Under the pieces are notes generated by a model, which did not search any database, was not told where the DNA came from, and worked only from the letters and a program-made list of their open reading frames with translations. 64,000 nucleotides of DNA, from NCBI GenBank assembly GCA_964106915.2, contig OZ066918.1, one strand, 5' to 3'. The position numbers and the translations under genes are program-made. The first letter of the stretch is position 1, and the number at the start of each line of letters is the position of its first letter. Below are positions 24,413-36,300 of the stretch, one piece after another. This stretch comes from Podarcis gaigeae (lineage: Eukaryota).

Positions 24413-24558
24413 GCATGAGAGTGCAGACTCTGGTAGAAGAGATGGTGGTGATTTTCCATCTTCTGTGCAGCAAAAGGGAGAGAAACTCAAAACTATAAAC
24501 CACTGAAGGGAGCCTTGGCATTAAAAATACAAAACAAAGACTGGGGACTCCAGGATTA

Positions 24559-24797
24559 CAGTGGTAATCTGGATATGAACGGGGTCCGTTCCAGATCCCC
24601 GTTCACATCCTGAAGTGAAAGTAACCAGTGCCTGCGTGGGTTGCGATTCGCTGCTTCCACACATGTGTGCGACATCATTTTGACCGTCTGCGCATGTGGC
24701 AAAACCTGGAAGTAACATTTTCCGTTACTTCCGGGTCACTGCGGAGCGCAACCCGAAAGTGCTCAACCTGAAGCATATTTAATCCGAGGTATGACTG
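24559..24797. mobile_element. Tigger-like MITE, related subfamily, 239 bp
   Basis: TA-CAGTGGTAATCTGGAT...ATCCGAGGTATGACTG-TA. Confidence 0.8.
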
Positions 24798-26557
24798 TAT
24801 AGGGAACTAATCCTGAACCAGAAACCAACTATATCCTGAACCGGAGACCATATTAACTAAACGCAGAGCACACCCCTTTAACCTTATTTTAAGAGTTCCT
24901 ACTATAAAGTGAAACTATTCCCTCCTCCCCATAATATATGCTCTTCTAGGGCTGAAAGCATTGATCAAATCAGTATATAAATCGACAGGTTCATGCACTG
25001 CAGATTAAAAATTGATTACTGGATTGAAATTAGAAGTGCCCCTGTTTTATGCTGTTGTTGTTGCATACAGTATATGCCTCTGCAGCTCCTCAGTCAATTG
25101 ATGTGCTGCAGTTAATTTTCCAAACACTTGCCTGTGTTATTTAGTTTAGAGAAACGGTAATCTGCTTTCAGTTCCTCAGAAGATCACTTGCAGTTGGTAT
25201 AATAATGTAATATTTAATCTGTTAATGATGCTGTTTAATCAGACACAAGCAAGACAGTCAATTGACTGAGGAAACTAACTAGTTGATAGCCTTAGAGTCC
25301 ACCCCCCTTTGATATTTTTGGTTCTACAGTGACTTTGTTGCTATGTAAAACTGAAATATTATACTCAGACTAGGTCTCCAGCAAGAATTCATCAGCACAG
25401 TGAAACTGCTTCCTCTTGCATTAATTTATGGCCTAGCAGAGAAACAAAGAGCAGCCAAAGCTGGATCACATAATGCAGAAGAGCCAAAATAGAGCAATGT
25501 TCCAGAAATTGTAATCAATACCCTTTTGAGAAATAGAACAGAGAAAGATCTTTCTATGAGCCTGAACTGCTATCCGAGGTTGCTTTAATTTCCTTCTCGT
25601 TCTCATTCAGAAATATAAAGCTTACCTACTGCAATCAATTATGTGCAGCTAGTAAATGCTCATCATTATTATGAGAAGAGTGTGTGTGGAAAGAAGTCCA
25701 TTAAATTGCAGAGGCCCCTGTGGGTGTTTTGCAAAGAGTGCACATAGACACATTGCCCTCCTCCCCTCACATGGGATTTTTGCGCATGGAGGCAGAAACA
25801 TGGTTGGTGGGGAAGCCCCAGGAGCAATGTTTTTTGTTTTGTTTTTTGACTCTCAGGAGTACCTAGGAACCATTCATATTATTATAAGGGTGCACTGATG
25901 TAAGGTTACGACTGCCCCCCAGGGAAGCCCAGTTTGGGATTGGTTTTGCCTCCATTCCCTTCATCTGTTTGTCCCTGCCATTGATTCTGTTTCTTGGTGT
26001 TATGGTAGAATGTGTGGTGGAGCCTTGGAAACACCAGAGCGTCTTGGCATGTAGGGCTTTGAAGGGTGTAACAAGTGAGAGAATGTTGACACACGACTAT
26101 TACATAGATAAAGCATGATATTGATGGTAATACCACCTTTTCAAGAAATCAGGGTTGGGTTTTTGGATTTCTGAGGGGAGAGGGGAAGAATCTAATATTT
26201 TGATTTCTGTGGAGTTTTATTGAGATAGTGTTGTATTTTAATGAGACATTTAATTTTAAAATATTGATGATAGGGCTGAGGGGGAATGATCAGCAGCAGG
26301 TTTACATGGACAGTAAACCCCTCAGAGGCGAAGGCGCACACTGCTGAAAGCCTGCTCTCTTCACAGCCCATAAAACACTTCCCAGTTCAGTTGACACATC
26401 ATTTACCAGTGTGGTGAGACCTTGATCACAACCGAACTGAAGCCAAGGCATTTATTTCATTGGGCAGCAGATTAGGCCCTGAGCATGCAAAGGAATTATT
26501 AACACATTCTGGAATTCTAAGCAGAAATATATTTCTTTCTGCTTTTTTTTAAATACT

Positions 26558-26561
<4 letters not shown>

Positions 26562-26594
<33 letters not shown>
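26562..26594. repeat. (CA)n microsatellite
   Basis: Direct inspection. Confidence 0.95.
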
Positions 26595-26596
<2 letters not shown>

Positions 26597-26877
26597 GGAT
26601 AACAAATACTGTAAAGCAATTTTTTATTTAAAAAACAGAATAATTAAATTTGTAGACACACATCCAAATATATACTGAAGCCCATTCTGAGTTGAACCCT
26701 GCCTCTTGGAAAACGTATTAGTGAAATTCTATGTCTGAAACAATACTGATCTGCATATGAGCAGACAATGCTGCTGCATCAAACAACAACAACAACAACA
26801 ACCCACCACTTCATCTACCTCAATATGGGCTACTTTTAACTAGAGATGTCAGTGATTAAACCTGTATTCTTCTGCAT

Positions 26878-27150
26878 CAGGGTAGGGGAAGCTCAGGCGT
26901 GGGGGCCCTCTTAACCTGACCTCTGGGATTCTCCCCAGGCCACACCCCTTCTCAAGCCACACCCCCTGCTAGGCCTGCTTTGAACCCCTCCCCTTGGGTG
27001 TTTTTTGTTTGGCCGGGGTGTGTTCTTGAAGGCTGATCATGCCTCTAGCTTCCTTGGATGAAGGATAGAGAGGGGTCTGTAGGTGGCTGCAGAAGCTAGC
27101 ATATTTTTCAAGGGTACATTGTGTGTTCATTGCTCCACTCACCTTTGCTC
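26878..27150. mobile_element. Non-autonomous DNA transposon (hAT-like) family member
   Basis: Shares a core (AAG.AAGAGGCATTATCAGAGTTCAAGGACACATTCCAG, here reversed) with copies at ~42185-42485, 52420-52650 and 55175-55375. Confidence 0.6.
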
Positions 27151-28610
27151 CTGATCCAGTGTATCACTAGCATACACCCTTTGGAAAGTTTCCCCGAAGA
27201 TAATGCATCCCATAGGCTGAAGAAGGCCCATGAGAGGCCACTTTACCAAGAGGTAAAGAGATGAAGCTGCCCCCTTTTTGTATGTAGCTGAGCCTACAAT
27301 GCAATCTTTTAGAGTGCCCAAGACATTTTGGTACCTGAGGCATTACATCCATATGGCACCTTAGGGCAGAGGTGGTGGTAATAGAACAGAAACCAGAAGC
27401 TGCCTTTGGAAGACCTTTGGTGCCTCTGGCTCAATACTGTCTATGCAGACTGGCAGTGGCTCTCCAGAGGTCTTCCCAAAAGCCTTGCAGTGAAAATAAT
27501 AGAATACTAGTACCTGATGCCCTGGCCCACTCCAGGGATGCCTCTCGCAAAAGGCCTCCCTTGGCAGCCAGTTAGAAGTTCTCTGTATAGGGCCTACCAG
27601 TCTGCACAGAATCCCTGGGGGCTGATGTGGAACAGGGATATTTTTACACACACCAATAAAGCTTTGTACATGCCAAGAGGTTCTGTCCAAGGTCTTCTGC
27701 ACTCTGAGCACAGGGTGGTAAAGGTGCATTGGGTCACATCCTGACATCACCTGAGTCACCACATGTCATCTTGGAGAACGTATCTCAGCTTGTGTGGTCG
27801 CTAGGGGAAGCGAAATGTCTTGGGGAGGGGGAACTTGGCTGTGTAGTAGACCAGGGGTTGCCACAGGCACACTGCAACCAAACACATGATGCAGTCTACT
27901 CAATTAGCTACAGCAGAATGTTTGTTTCCAGCCTCATTCCAATGGAGGACTCTGGGGATGCTGTGGGCATCAATGAAGACCTCTGCGAGTAGATGTGTGC
28001 CTAAAGTCGCCCCACTGGCAGCTCTGGTAGTTGACCTGGACTTATATATGGTGCATTAATGACCAAACTAGATGGAGCATAGGAGACAAATGGAGTATTT
28101 CATGATGGGGGGGGGGAGCAACTGTGGGGCCTCTGAATTTGATCAGAGCAGCAGCCAGCAAAGCATTTTCCTGATAAAAACAGGCCTCCTAATTTAATTT
28201 CTTACTTGCAGAGGAAAGGTCTATGTAAATTTTCCTGCATGGAGAACACAAAACTGGGGGTGATATACAGTCTGCAAGGAGTTTTGTTTCGCACCCCCCC
28301 ACTCCAAATGAATTTGGAGGCCTCACCATAACTGCATTGAATTTTAAGGGGGGGGATATCAGGTTATACTGGATAGATCTCCTGTGTCAGGCCTAGTTTG
28401 GTCGTAAGACATTCCAGCTTCTATCAAGAATGTGGTAGTTTGGTGCTCTGGCCAAATAAGCGGAATAATTTGTTATACTGCTTGTACTTGGGTCATATCT
28501 CTGAAGGATTCTGCTGTGCTTTCATGTTGACAGCTAAAGTCCGTTCTTTGCGAGCAGTGATTAGAAACAGAACTTTCCAACTGAATCAGAGGCTACCGGT
28601 ATGTCTCAAA

Positions 28611-28881
28611 AAGATAAAGGTACCCCTGACCATTAGGTCCAGTCGCGGACGACTCTGGGGTTAGGCGCTCATCTCGCTTTACTGGCCAAGGGAGCCAACG
28701 TTTGTCCGCAGACAGTTTTTCCGGGCCATGTGGCCAATGTGACTAAGCCGCTTCTGGCGATCCAGAGCAGTGCATGGAAACACTGTTTACCTTCCGGCCG
28801 GAGCGGTACCTATTTATCTACTTGCACTTTGATGTGCTTTCGAACTGCTAGGTGGGCAGGAGCTGGGACTGAACAATGGGA
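28611..28881 (-). mobile_element. Sauria SINE (Squam1), 5'-truncated
   Basis: AAAGGTACCCCTGACCATTAGGTCCAGTCG..GACGACTCTGGGGT...GGTACCTATTTATCTACTTGCAC...GCTTTCGAACTGCTAGG is the reverse complement of the Sauria SINE body and ACCTTT tail as I recall it. Confidence 0.9.
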
Positions 28882-30000
28882 ACTTAAGTATTAGCACCTT
28901 AATCCAGTGACAATCTAGGCCATAACCCTCCTTCAAAGCTTGGTCAGTGAGGGAACAGGCAAGATTTGAAATAGCAACATTTGGTGTGCTTGCTTTCGGC
29001 AGGTATTTGGATTTTTGCTTTATTCAATCAAATGAAAGGGGAAGTTAAGCAAATGGATCATTTTTGAGCCCCGCACCAGCAGGCAGAAGTGCTGCCTACT
29101 ATCTCACTGCTCTGAAGTTCTTAAGGCTTAAGAACATAATATCTGGGTCTGAGAGACTATTTAGAAATGAGAGCGAGTAGGTCACATTCAGAGAGCTTGT
29201 CTGTGAACTAGGAAGTCTCCAGTTCAAATTTCACCTCTGCCATGGCATTTCTATGCCTACTACATTTCTAAACAAACCTGCTTGGGAGAGTAAGCCCCAT
29301 TGAACTCAGTGAGACTTACTCTAAACAGGCATGCACAGGATTAGGCTGCATTTGGGCAAGGTAACATTGCTCAGCATCTTCTTCCATCTGCAGTAACATA
29401 GTGGGACATCTCCAAACATAGTGGAACATGGTGCTGACATTATGTATGTGAAATATTTCATACACTCAAAAAGGGCACTATGTAGACAAAATATATTATC
29501 AATCTCTTATTTAAGGCATGGTGGCAGTTTATCAACCTTTAATAGTTGCATAGATGCAGGGATTTCAGTAGCTTGCTTAGCTTACAAAGGTGCAGAAGCT
29601 CCTTTCCTACTCTGCATCTGGCTGCCCTATTCCACAAAGCGATGTAGTGGGTAATCTCAAAATAGTTACATGTTCCTTTTAAATAATTAATCTATGCAAA
29701 TTTTCACCAGCTGTTTTCTTTTCCTTGCTGAGAATGGGGGCAAACCTATCTTTAGATGGAGCTTCTATGTGTGCATGTGGGGGGGGGGAGGTACTTTGAC
29801 AATGGATGGACTTCTGCAAAAATTCCCGATTTTGGATTTAAAGTCTCTTTAAAACTCACATATAAGATAGTGTGCATTATATAGAATCCATATACAGCAA
29901 AGACTCAAACAAATTGTATATGTTATAGAGCAGAGGTAGGCAGAAGATAGGTTGGGATCTACTGGTAGATATTTTGGGGGAGACTGGCAAGGGATTTCTG

Positions 30001-30036
<36 letters not shown>

Positions 30037-30944
30037 TTGTGTTACAGCAACACCAAAAAAAACCCTAAGTTGCTGAAACACAGTGCTTAGGTGAGAAGCA
30101 GAAGTGCAATTTTGCATGAAAGAACTCGTGAACTTGGTTCTGGTACTAACCACTTGTTCAGAGGCACCCTGTCCTTAATTCTTAGCATCAGTCTACACAC
30201 CTGAATCACTAGTGCATTTTGCTCCAATTGATTGTTCTATACATACTTATTCAAAGGTAGGTCCTGGTGAGTTCCATGGGACTTATTTCCATGTGAAGTG
30301 TGTGTAGTGTTGGGGAACCTGCAGCCCATGGGCCTAATGCCCTCAGTGTGGTATAGCCCAAACCATCCCCATCTGTCCATTGATTCGCATGCTATGATGT
30401 CAAGTGCCGGAAGGTAAACCCAAGAGGCTAAATAGAAAAGGAAGAATTGGGAGTGCGCCCTAAAGGTGTGTTCACATCACCATTTCCTATGGCTCCAGCA
30501 TGTTCCCACCACAAGTATTTTTAAGACAGGTTCACATGATGTTAGCCACAATCCACCTGTATCCCATAGCTTTTGGAGAAATACTCCTTTTTGGTGTACC
30601 TTCCCTTAAATCAGCTTCCGTCTGATTCCAAAATGCAAACTGCCATTCTTTTGTGGTGTGAACACTTCAGACAACATCTTCGCATGTGCTGATGACAGCA
30701 TGGATGCAGAAAGAAACTTCACTTGGTGTGTGGAAAGAAATAAACAGGTGAAGGCATCCCTTCCTCCACTCTGATGTGAACAGTGGCAGGAGAATGCAAC
30801 GGGGATGTGCAACGGGGAGGAACAAACTTGCAGCATTTTGAGCCACGACTTCAAAGGAACAAAATCCTTTCGCCGCTCAACTCAAATTCAAGCTGCACCT
30901 GCAAAGGAAGACTGAGGATTCTCCCTCTGAAGATGAATCACCTT

Positions 30945-31251
30945 TGAATTGAATAGAATTTATTACGGTCCCAGACCAGGCTCACATACCGTGCTAAACA
31001 GATCAGAAACACAATAAAATTAAGTTTAAATTAACAATCAATATAACGATAAACAATGCAATTATGGCAGCAGTTAAAATATGGTTTAAGGTTTAATCTC
31101 TACCATATTATCTATAATTTGCTTCTAATGCCTTAGTCTTGTTCCCTAAGTTTTATGGCAACCATGCAAAATTTGGCCACCTTTAACGTGATCTCTGGAT
31201 CCTTGTCCTCTGTCAGAGATTTTAAACATTGAGGTTCGGGCCCACTTGGAA
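30945..31251 (-). mobile_element. Young 5'-truncated non-LTR retrotransposon 3' end (clade uncertain, possibly RTE-X-like)
   Basis: Minus-strand frame ...FPSGPEPQCLKSLTEDKDPEITLKVAKFCMVAIKLREQD*; 3' end GGACCGTAATAAA + ATTC-type tail; 9-bp TSD AATCACCTT (30936-30944 and 31252-31260). Confidence 0.8.
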
Positions 31252-31482
31252 AATCACCTTGTGTCAAGTGATGCTGAGTTACTGACACGTGGGAAGTCTC
31301 ACTCCCTAGTCAAAGTGGCAATTCCCTACCCCTGGTGTACAGGATTGTAATTTTATGCACACTTATTTAGGAGCAAGTGATCTTGCTTGCTTGCTTAGAA
31401 GAAGGCTGCATCAGGCTCAGTGGCACTTCTTTCTAAGTAACACCGTACAAGATTGGCCTGACTGACAACATACTGCCCCCCT

Positions 31483-31553
31483 TCTCTCTCTCTCTCTCTT
31501 CCTTCCTTCCTTCCTTCCTTCCTTCCTTCCTTCCTTCCTTCCTTCCTTTCCTT
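31483..31553. repeat. (CT)n(CCTT)n microsatellite
   Basis: Direct inspection. Confidence 0.95.
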
Positions 31554-33209
31554 CTTTGTTATCCCAAAAGGTCCCACTTGAGGAGCACCTCCTTACTCTA
31601 GTAAGAAAAAGAATGAGACAAAGGGGGAAATTGATACACCCAAAGTAGAGGACCTTGTCAAAGTAGAGGACCTTGCCCACATCAACTTGAGGTTCCCTAA
31701 TCCACCAGCCATGACTTGTTTAAAGACCTTGAAACTCGGTTATTATTTTTAATGGTGATGAGTAATCCTCTCAAGATGTATGTCTGTTACTGAAAACTTA
31801 CCTTTTGGCTTTGTTGTACTGACAGATCTAAACGGTTGTCTTCAAAAGCTCTGCAGGCATTGGAATATCTCCTTGAGCTTCAAGGGACACTTTTAACATA
31901 ATGCATTTTCTCTCTCTTTAAAATCTCAATGGCATGAAATCAGTTGGGGGGTAAACACCCTCCCCCCCACAATTCACCACAGTTTGGTTCTCCCTCACTC
32001 CTCTGAAACTTTAGATTTCTAGCTCATTATAAACGGAGGCTTGATTGCTGGCTGCTACCAGATAGAGGGGCTGTAGCACTGCATAATAGCACACCATTAA
32101 ATTAGCATTAATAGCAGTGAGCTTCTTTCACAGATCGGATCATTCTCAGGACTCGTAAAGCAAAGCAGCTGACCTAAGACAGACTGATTCTCTTGCAGTG
32201 TCTTCTGTGGTCTCTTTATGGGAATAGCAAAGGTTATTTTTCACTATTCCATTTGGAGGTGATTTAGACACACGCAGGGTAGCTGGGGGCTGCTGTTTTC
32301 CAAGATACAATCAGGATCTTAATGAAATCAATTTAGAATGATTTATATCCTGTAGCGCTGTGATGTCTTAAAATGACCTTGCATTCTGCAACACTAATAT
32401 TTTCCTACTCTTTGCATGCAATAAAAACCCATATAATTTGTGATCTCTCCCTTTTAAAAGACAATTCTTGGTATTTCATCACAATTTAGCATCACCAAGA
32501 AACAGAACCCAAGATTTGGTCGTGGATGGAGAAGCTGTACATGCTCCATTTGAAGCGGGGGAGGGGAGGGTCACCCGGGACAGGGAACAAATTTAGGCCG
32601 TACCTTAGTATTGCCCCTGAGTAACACTTCATGTTCTTCCATTTAAGTGTATGACAGTTACACGTGAGGAGGCTGTTGTAGTGAGAGCAAAACTTGTCCT
32701 CCATTCTGACAAGGTAACAGAGGCGGTTTCAGGGTAGCGTGATCAGTTGGGCCGCACTGAGCACCGGTGCCACAGGGGGCAATGCAACAGTGATGTAGAA
32801 CAGAGCACAAGAGGCAGGCGGCACCAAATTTTATCATTGCACAGGGCACCATTGAAATTTGAGAGCCTAAAGCATGCCACTGCAAGGTGGGCAGGGAGTG
32901 ACCCTCTCTGATAGAGATCCCACGGGAGGTGTGCCCTTAAATGTACTGCATCCTTTAAACATTTTGCAACATGTGTTTCTTCTTTAGAATGACTTTGTGG
33001 CTGACTGATGTGTTTGCATGTTGGGTTGGCTCAGTTTTCAGTTGCAGCCCAATCATACAATAGTTGCTCAGAACGAAGTCCCATGCAGTTCACTTAGATA
33101 GGTGTGCACAGAATTGAAACTTGGGTTAACTTTCACTGCATATGCAGATAGTAAACTGCTTTGATGGATTTTTATGAAGAAGTGGTATATAAATTTTATG
33201 AAATAAATA

Positions 33210-33354
33210 CTGCATTTTTCCATGTATAATAGACCCCCCCCCCTAAAAATAATGTCAAAAATTAGGTGGTGTCATACTCTGGGCCATCTCCCCCCATTTT
33301 CTTAAATCTGAGTCCCCCCAAAATAGGGTGCATCTTATAGACAGAAAAATATGG
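33210..33354. mobile_element. Tc1/mariner-pogo MITE (CCGTATTTTTC-type TIR, decayed)
   Basis: TA-CTGCATTTTTC...GAAAAATATGG-TA. Confidence 0.7.
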
Positions 33355-36300
33355 TACATAAGATAATTATGCTTCATTAAATTATAAACCAGAACATATT
33401 GATTAACTTCAGCTGGGTTACTACTATACATTTATTAGAGTGCTTTTCTTTCTCTCCCCTCCCTGCATTTATTTTTTAACCTTCCTTAAATTTATTTCTT
33501 ACTCTTTCCTTTAATTGAACTCCTGTTCCATTTATTTGTAACTGATATATAGCATTATCCAAAGTCAGTCTTATACAGAGAGTAGACCCATTGGAAACAA
33601 TAGACACAACTAACATATTAATTAATATTAAATTAAATTAAAAACATATCCATTAATTTCAGTGGATCTACTCTGAGCTTAATTTAGACACAAACAATAT
33701 CTAAGTTGTTTTTATTTGTATGTAATGTTTGGAAATCTTAAGAACAAGTCCCTCTGAAAGGCTACATATTGCTAAAAACAACAGCACCCCCATCACAATA
33801 GGTCTGTGGATGAATGACTTGAGAATTGCAAATAAAGTAGCACTAAATTATTCCAGCTGTTTGGCATTGAACTCTTCCAGTAATAGCTACTAAACAAATA
33901 GCAACTAATGGATTTCCCCTATGCTATGCTATGTATGCGCGGTTATCCTCATCTCTCCCCCGCCTTTTATATTACGTTGGGAGGGGGAGAATTAATGCCC
34001 TCTCTAAAACTGCGAGTAGCTTTGCCACGGAGAAATGGGATTTTTGTTTGAATCTTGCCGAGATAAACTGCGCTGAATTGGTATGGTAATTTTTCCTTCA
34101 TTTAATAGTATCAAAGATAAAGGCTTTGCGGTGGCAGGGTTCAATGGGGCAAGAAACTTAACTGAGTGGATTATCCTTATGAAATTTCAGTACTACTGGC
34201 TTAGGTTGGAGGTGGCTTTATAATTGCATTTAGAAGCTGTGTTCCTGGGGCTCTCCTGTGAATGGCTGTTTACTTGCATTTTTTGTTGTTGCTTCTTTGC
34301 CCTGTGGCTGAAGGACACTTAACATAGGCAGTGTATTATTGTCCCCATTTTCTTTTTCAGCATAGCATTGTGTTTTGTTTACATCAGCCTATCCCTTAGC
34401 AACACGCATTCAGTGTAGTGATAAAGTGTATGCGATGTGAACTATGCCATGAACTCACCGGGTGCCCATTGGCAAGCTACTGCCTCCTTGTTACAGCTTC
34501 TCATACAAGATCAAACAACATTGGTTTACCTTACAGGGCTGTTATGTGGAACACAGATGTAATCCATCTTCGCAAAGCACCAAGGACTTTTGTAACTCTT
34601 TAGAAGTGAAAGGCCTGAATGAAAGGCCAAGCTTTTTTAAAAAACAGAACCTGATTGAATCCGAGCCCAACTGATCTTCAGTTTATTGAAGGTCCTGGTT
34701 TGGTGGAACTTCATTTTGAAAGAGGATTTTTTTTAATAAAAAAAAAACAAGTTATGTGAAGGGCATGGTAGGTGGGGACCTGCTGTTAAAAGGGTGAGGG
34801 AGCCAGAAACATCACTGGGCATGCCCAAGGTTGTCCATAGAGATATTTGGGTATCCCTATGTTCCAATGAAAATACTAATTTTTAAACAAGGCTAGGGGT
34901 GCAGTTTTTTTCTTACAGGATTTTTTTTACTGTTAAAGAGTTGGGTGGATGTTCCATTCTATCTATAGAGAGGGCGGGGGGATACCACCCAAATAATAAA
35001 GATCTAGTTTCAAGAGAAGATTAAGGTCTTCTGGCATAAATAAACTTTCATGTTTAGATACTAATAATTGTCATTTATAAGTTATCCCTCCCCATCACAT
35101 AATTAACACATTTTGAAGCAGTCCTGGTACAAGTGAAAAGGATCTTCACCATTCATGGGAGCTAGAACGGATTCCTTTATTTCTTACGATTCATGAAATA
35201 TATCTAATTTTCCAAACTGGGATCGCTTTACTTTCCACATGGGATCAGAAGTCCCTTGAATAACATATATGCTGAACCATGAGATTGATCAGTATCCCTT
35301 TAAAGCTGGAATGTATTATCATTCAGTAGGACAAGGGTAGCTAATGTTGTTATACTCCATCTCTTTTCAGTTCCAGCCAACAAGGCCAATGGTCATGGAT
35401 GATGGAAGTTTTAGGTCAGCAACATCTGGATTTGTTGGCTATGACTACAGGTGGTGTTTGGAAATTGAGCATTATTGACATTTGGGGGTCCTTATCATCT
35501 GGTATGATACTGCTAACATTTGCTATAAGGATGTCTAGATACAGTTTTAATGCAATTCTTCATTGTTTCTCTTGATGCTGGTTGTGAAATTGTGAAGTGA
35601 CAAATAAACATTTGAAGATGGTTGTCATTGGGAGGAAAATTGGACTCCACCCGAGTAGCTGAGACTTGAAGGCTTTCCTCAACTATTGGTTTTCTTTGTA
35701 CCCTTGGGCAAGTTGTAAGTTCTCAGCCTTGCTCTAACTACCTCAAAGTGGGTAGTGTGAGGACAAACGAGAGCAAGGGTGAAATTTTGTACAATAATTA
35801 TAATTTATGTATACCATTGAAAATCCTGATATTAATTAAAGTCATCAGTGAGTAGAATGTGATTTTCTACTTTGCCTGGCTCACTGTGCAGTGAGTCGTA
35901 TCACTTCCCGATTTCTAAATTGCATGGAAATAATTTTATCAGTGCTCCCTGTCAAAAGAGATAAGTCTGTTGAACTAAAGAAAACCTATTGTAATATGAA
36001 GAAAACTCTGGCAGTTACATCTTTTGGTGTCCCTCCTGAAATCCTTTTGATTGGTCGTTCAGGATGATTTTTGCTCATGGTGGTATTGGGACAGTTATAT
36101 GACATCCTGCTTTTGGTACTGTTCATTTCCAATCAGTGCATGTCCTGTAACTTCCTCCTGAAATCTGATAACATTTTAAACCACAAATGTTGCAGTTTAT
36201 TTTTTAATGTTTTTTTGTCTCACCTTTGTTGTGCTACAGTGCAGGAGTGCCCCTCCAAATGGCAATTTATATGGTAACACTGGAGAGGCATTGCAGAACA

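Noticed and set aside
27500-28020. Coding-looking GC-balanced stretch (possible pseudogene or transposase)
   Set aside because: No recognisable protein motif in the frames examined; a BLASTX search would be needed.
31641-31675. 17-bp direct repeat x2
   Set aside because: Simple local tandem duplication; no spacers, and CRISPR is not applicable in vertebrate DNA.
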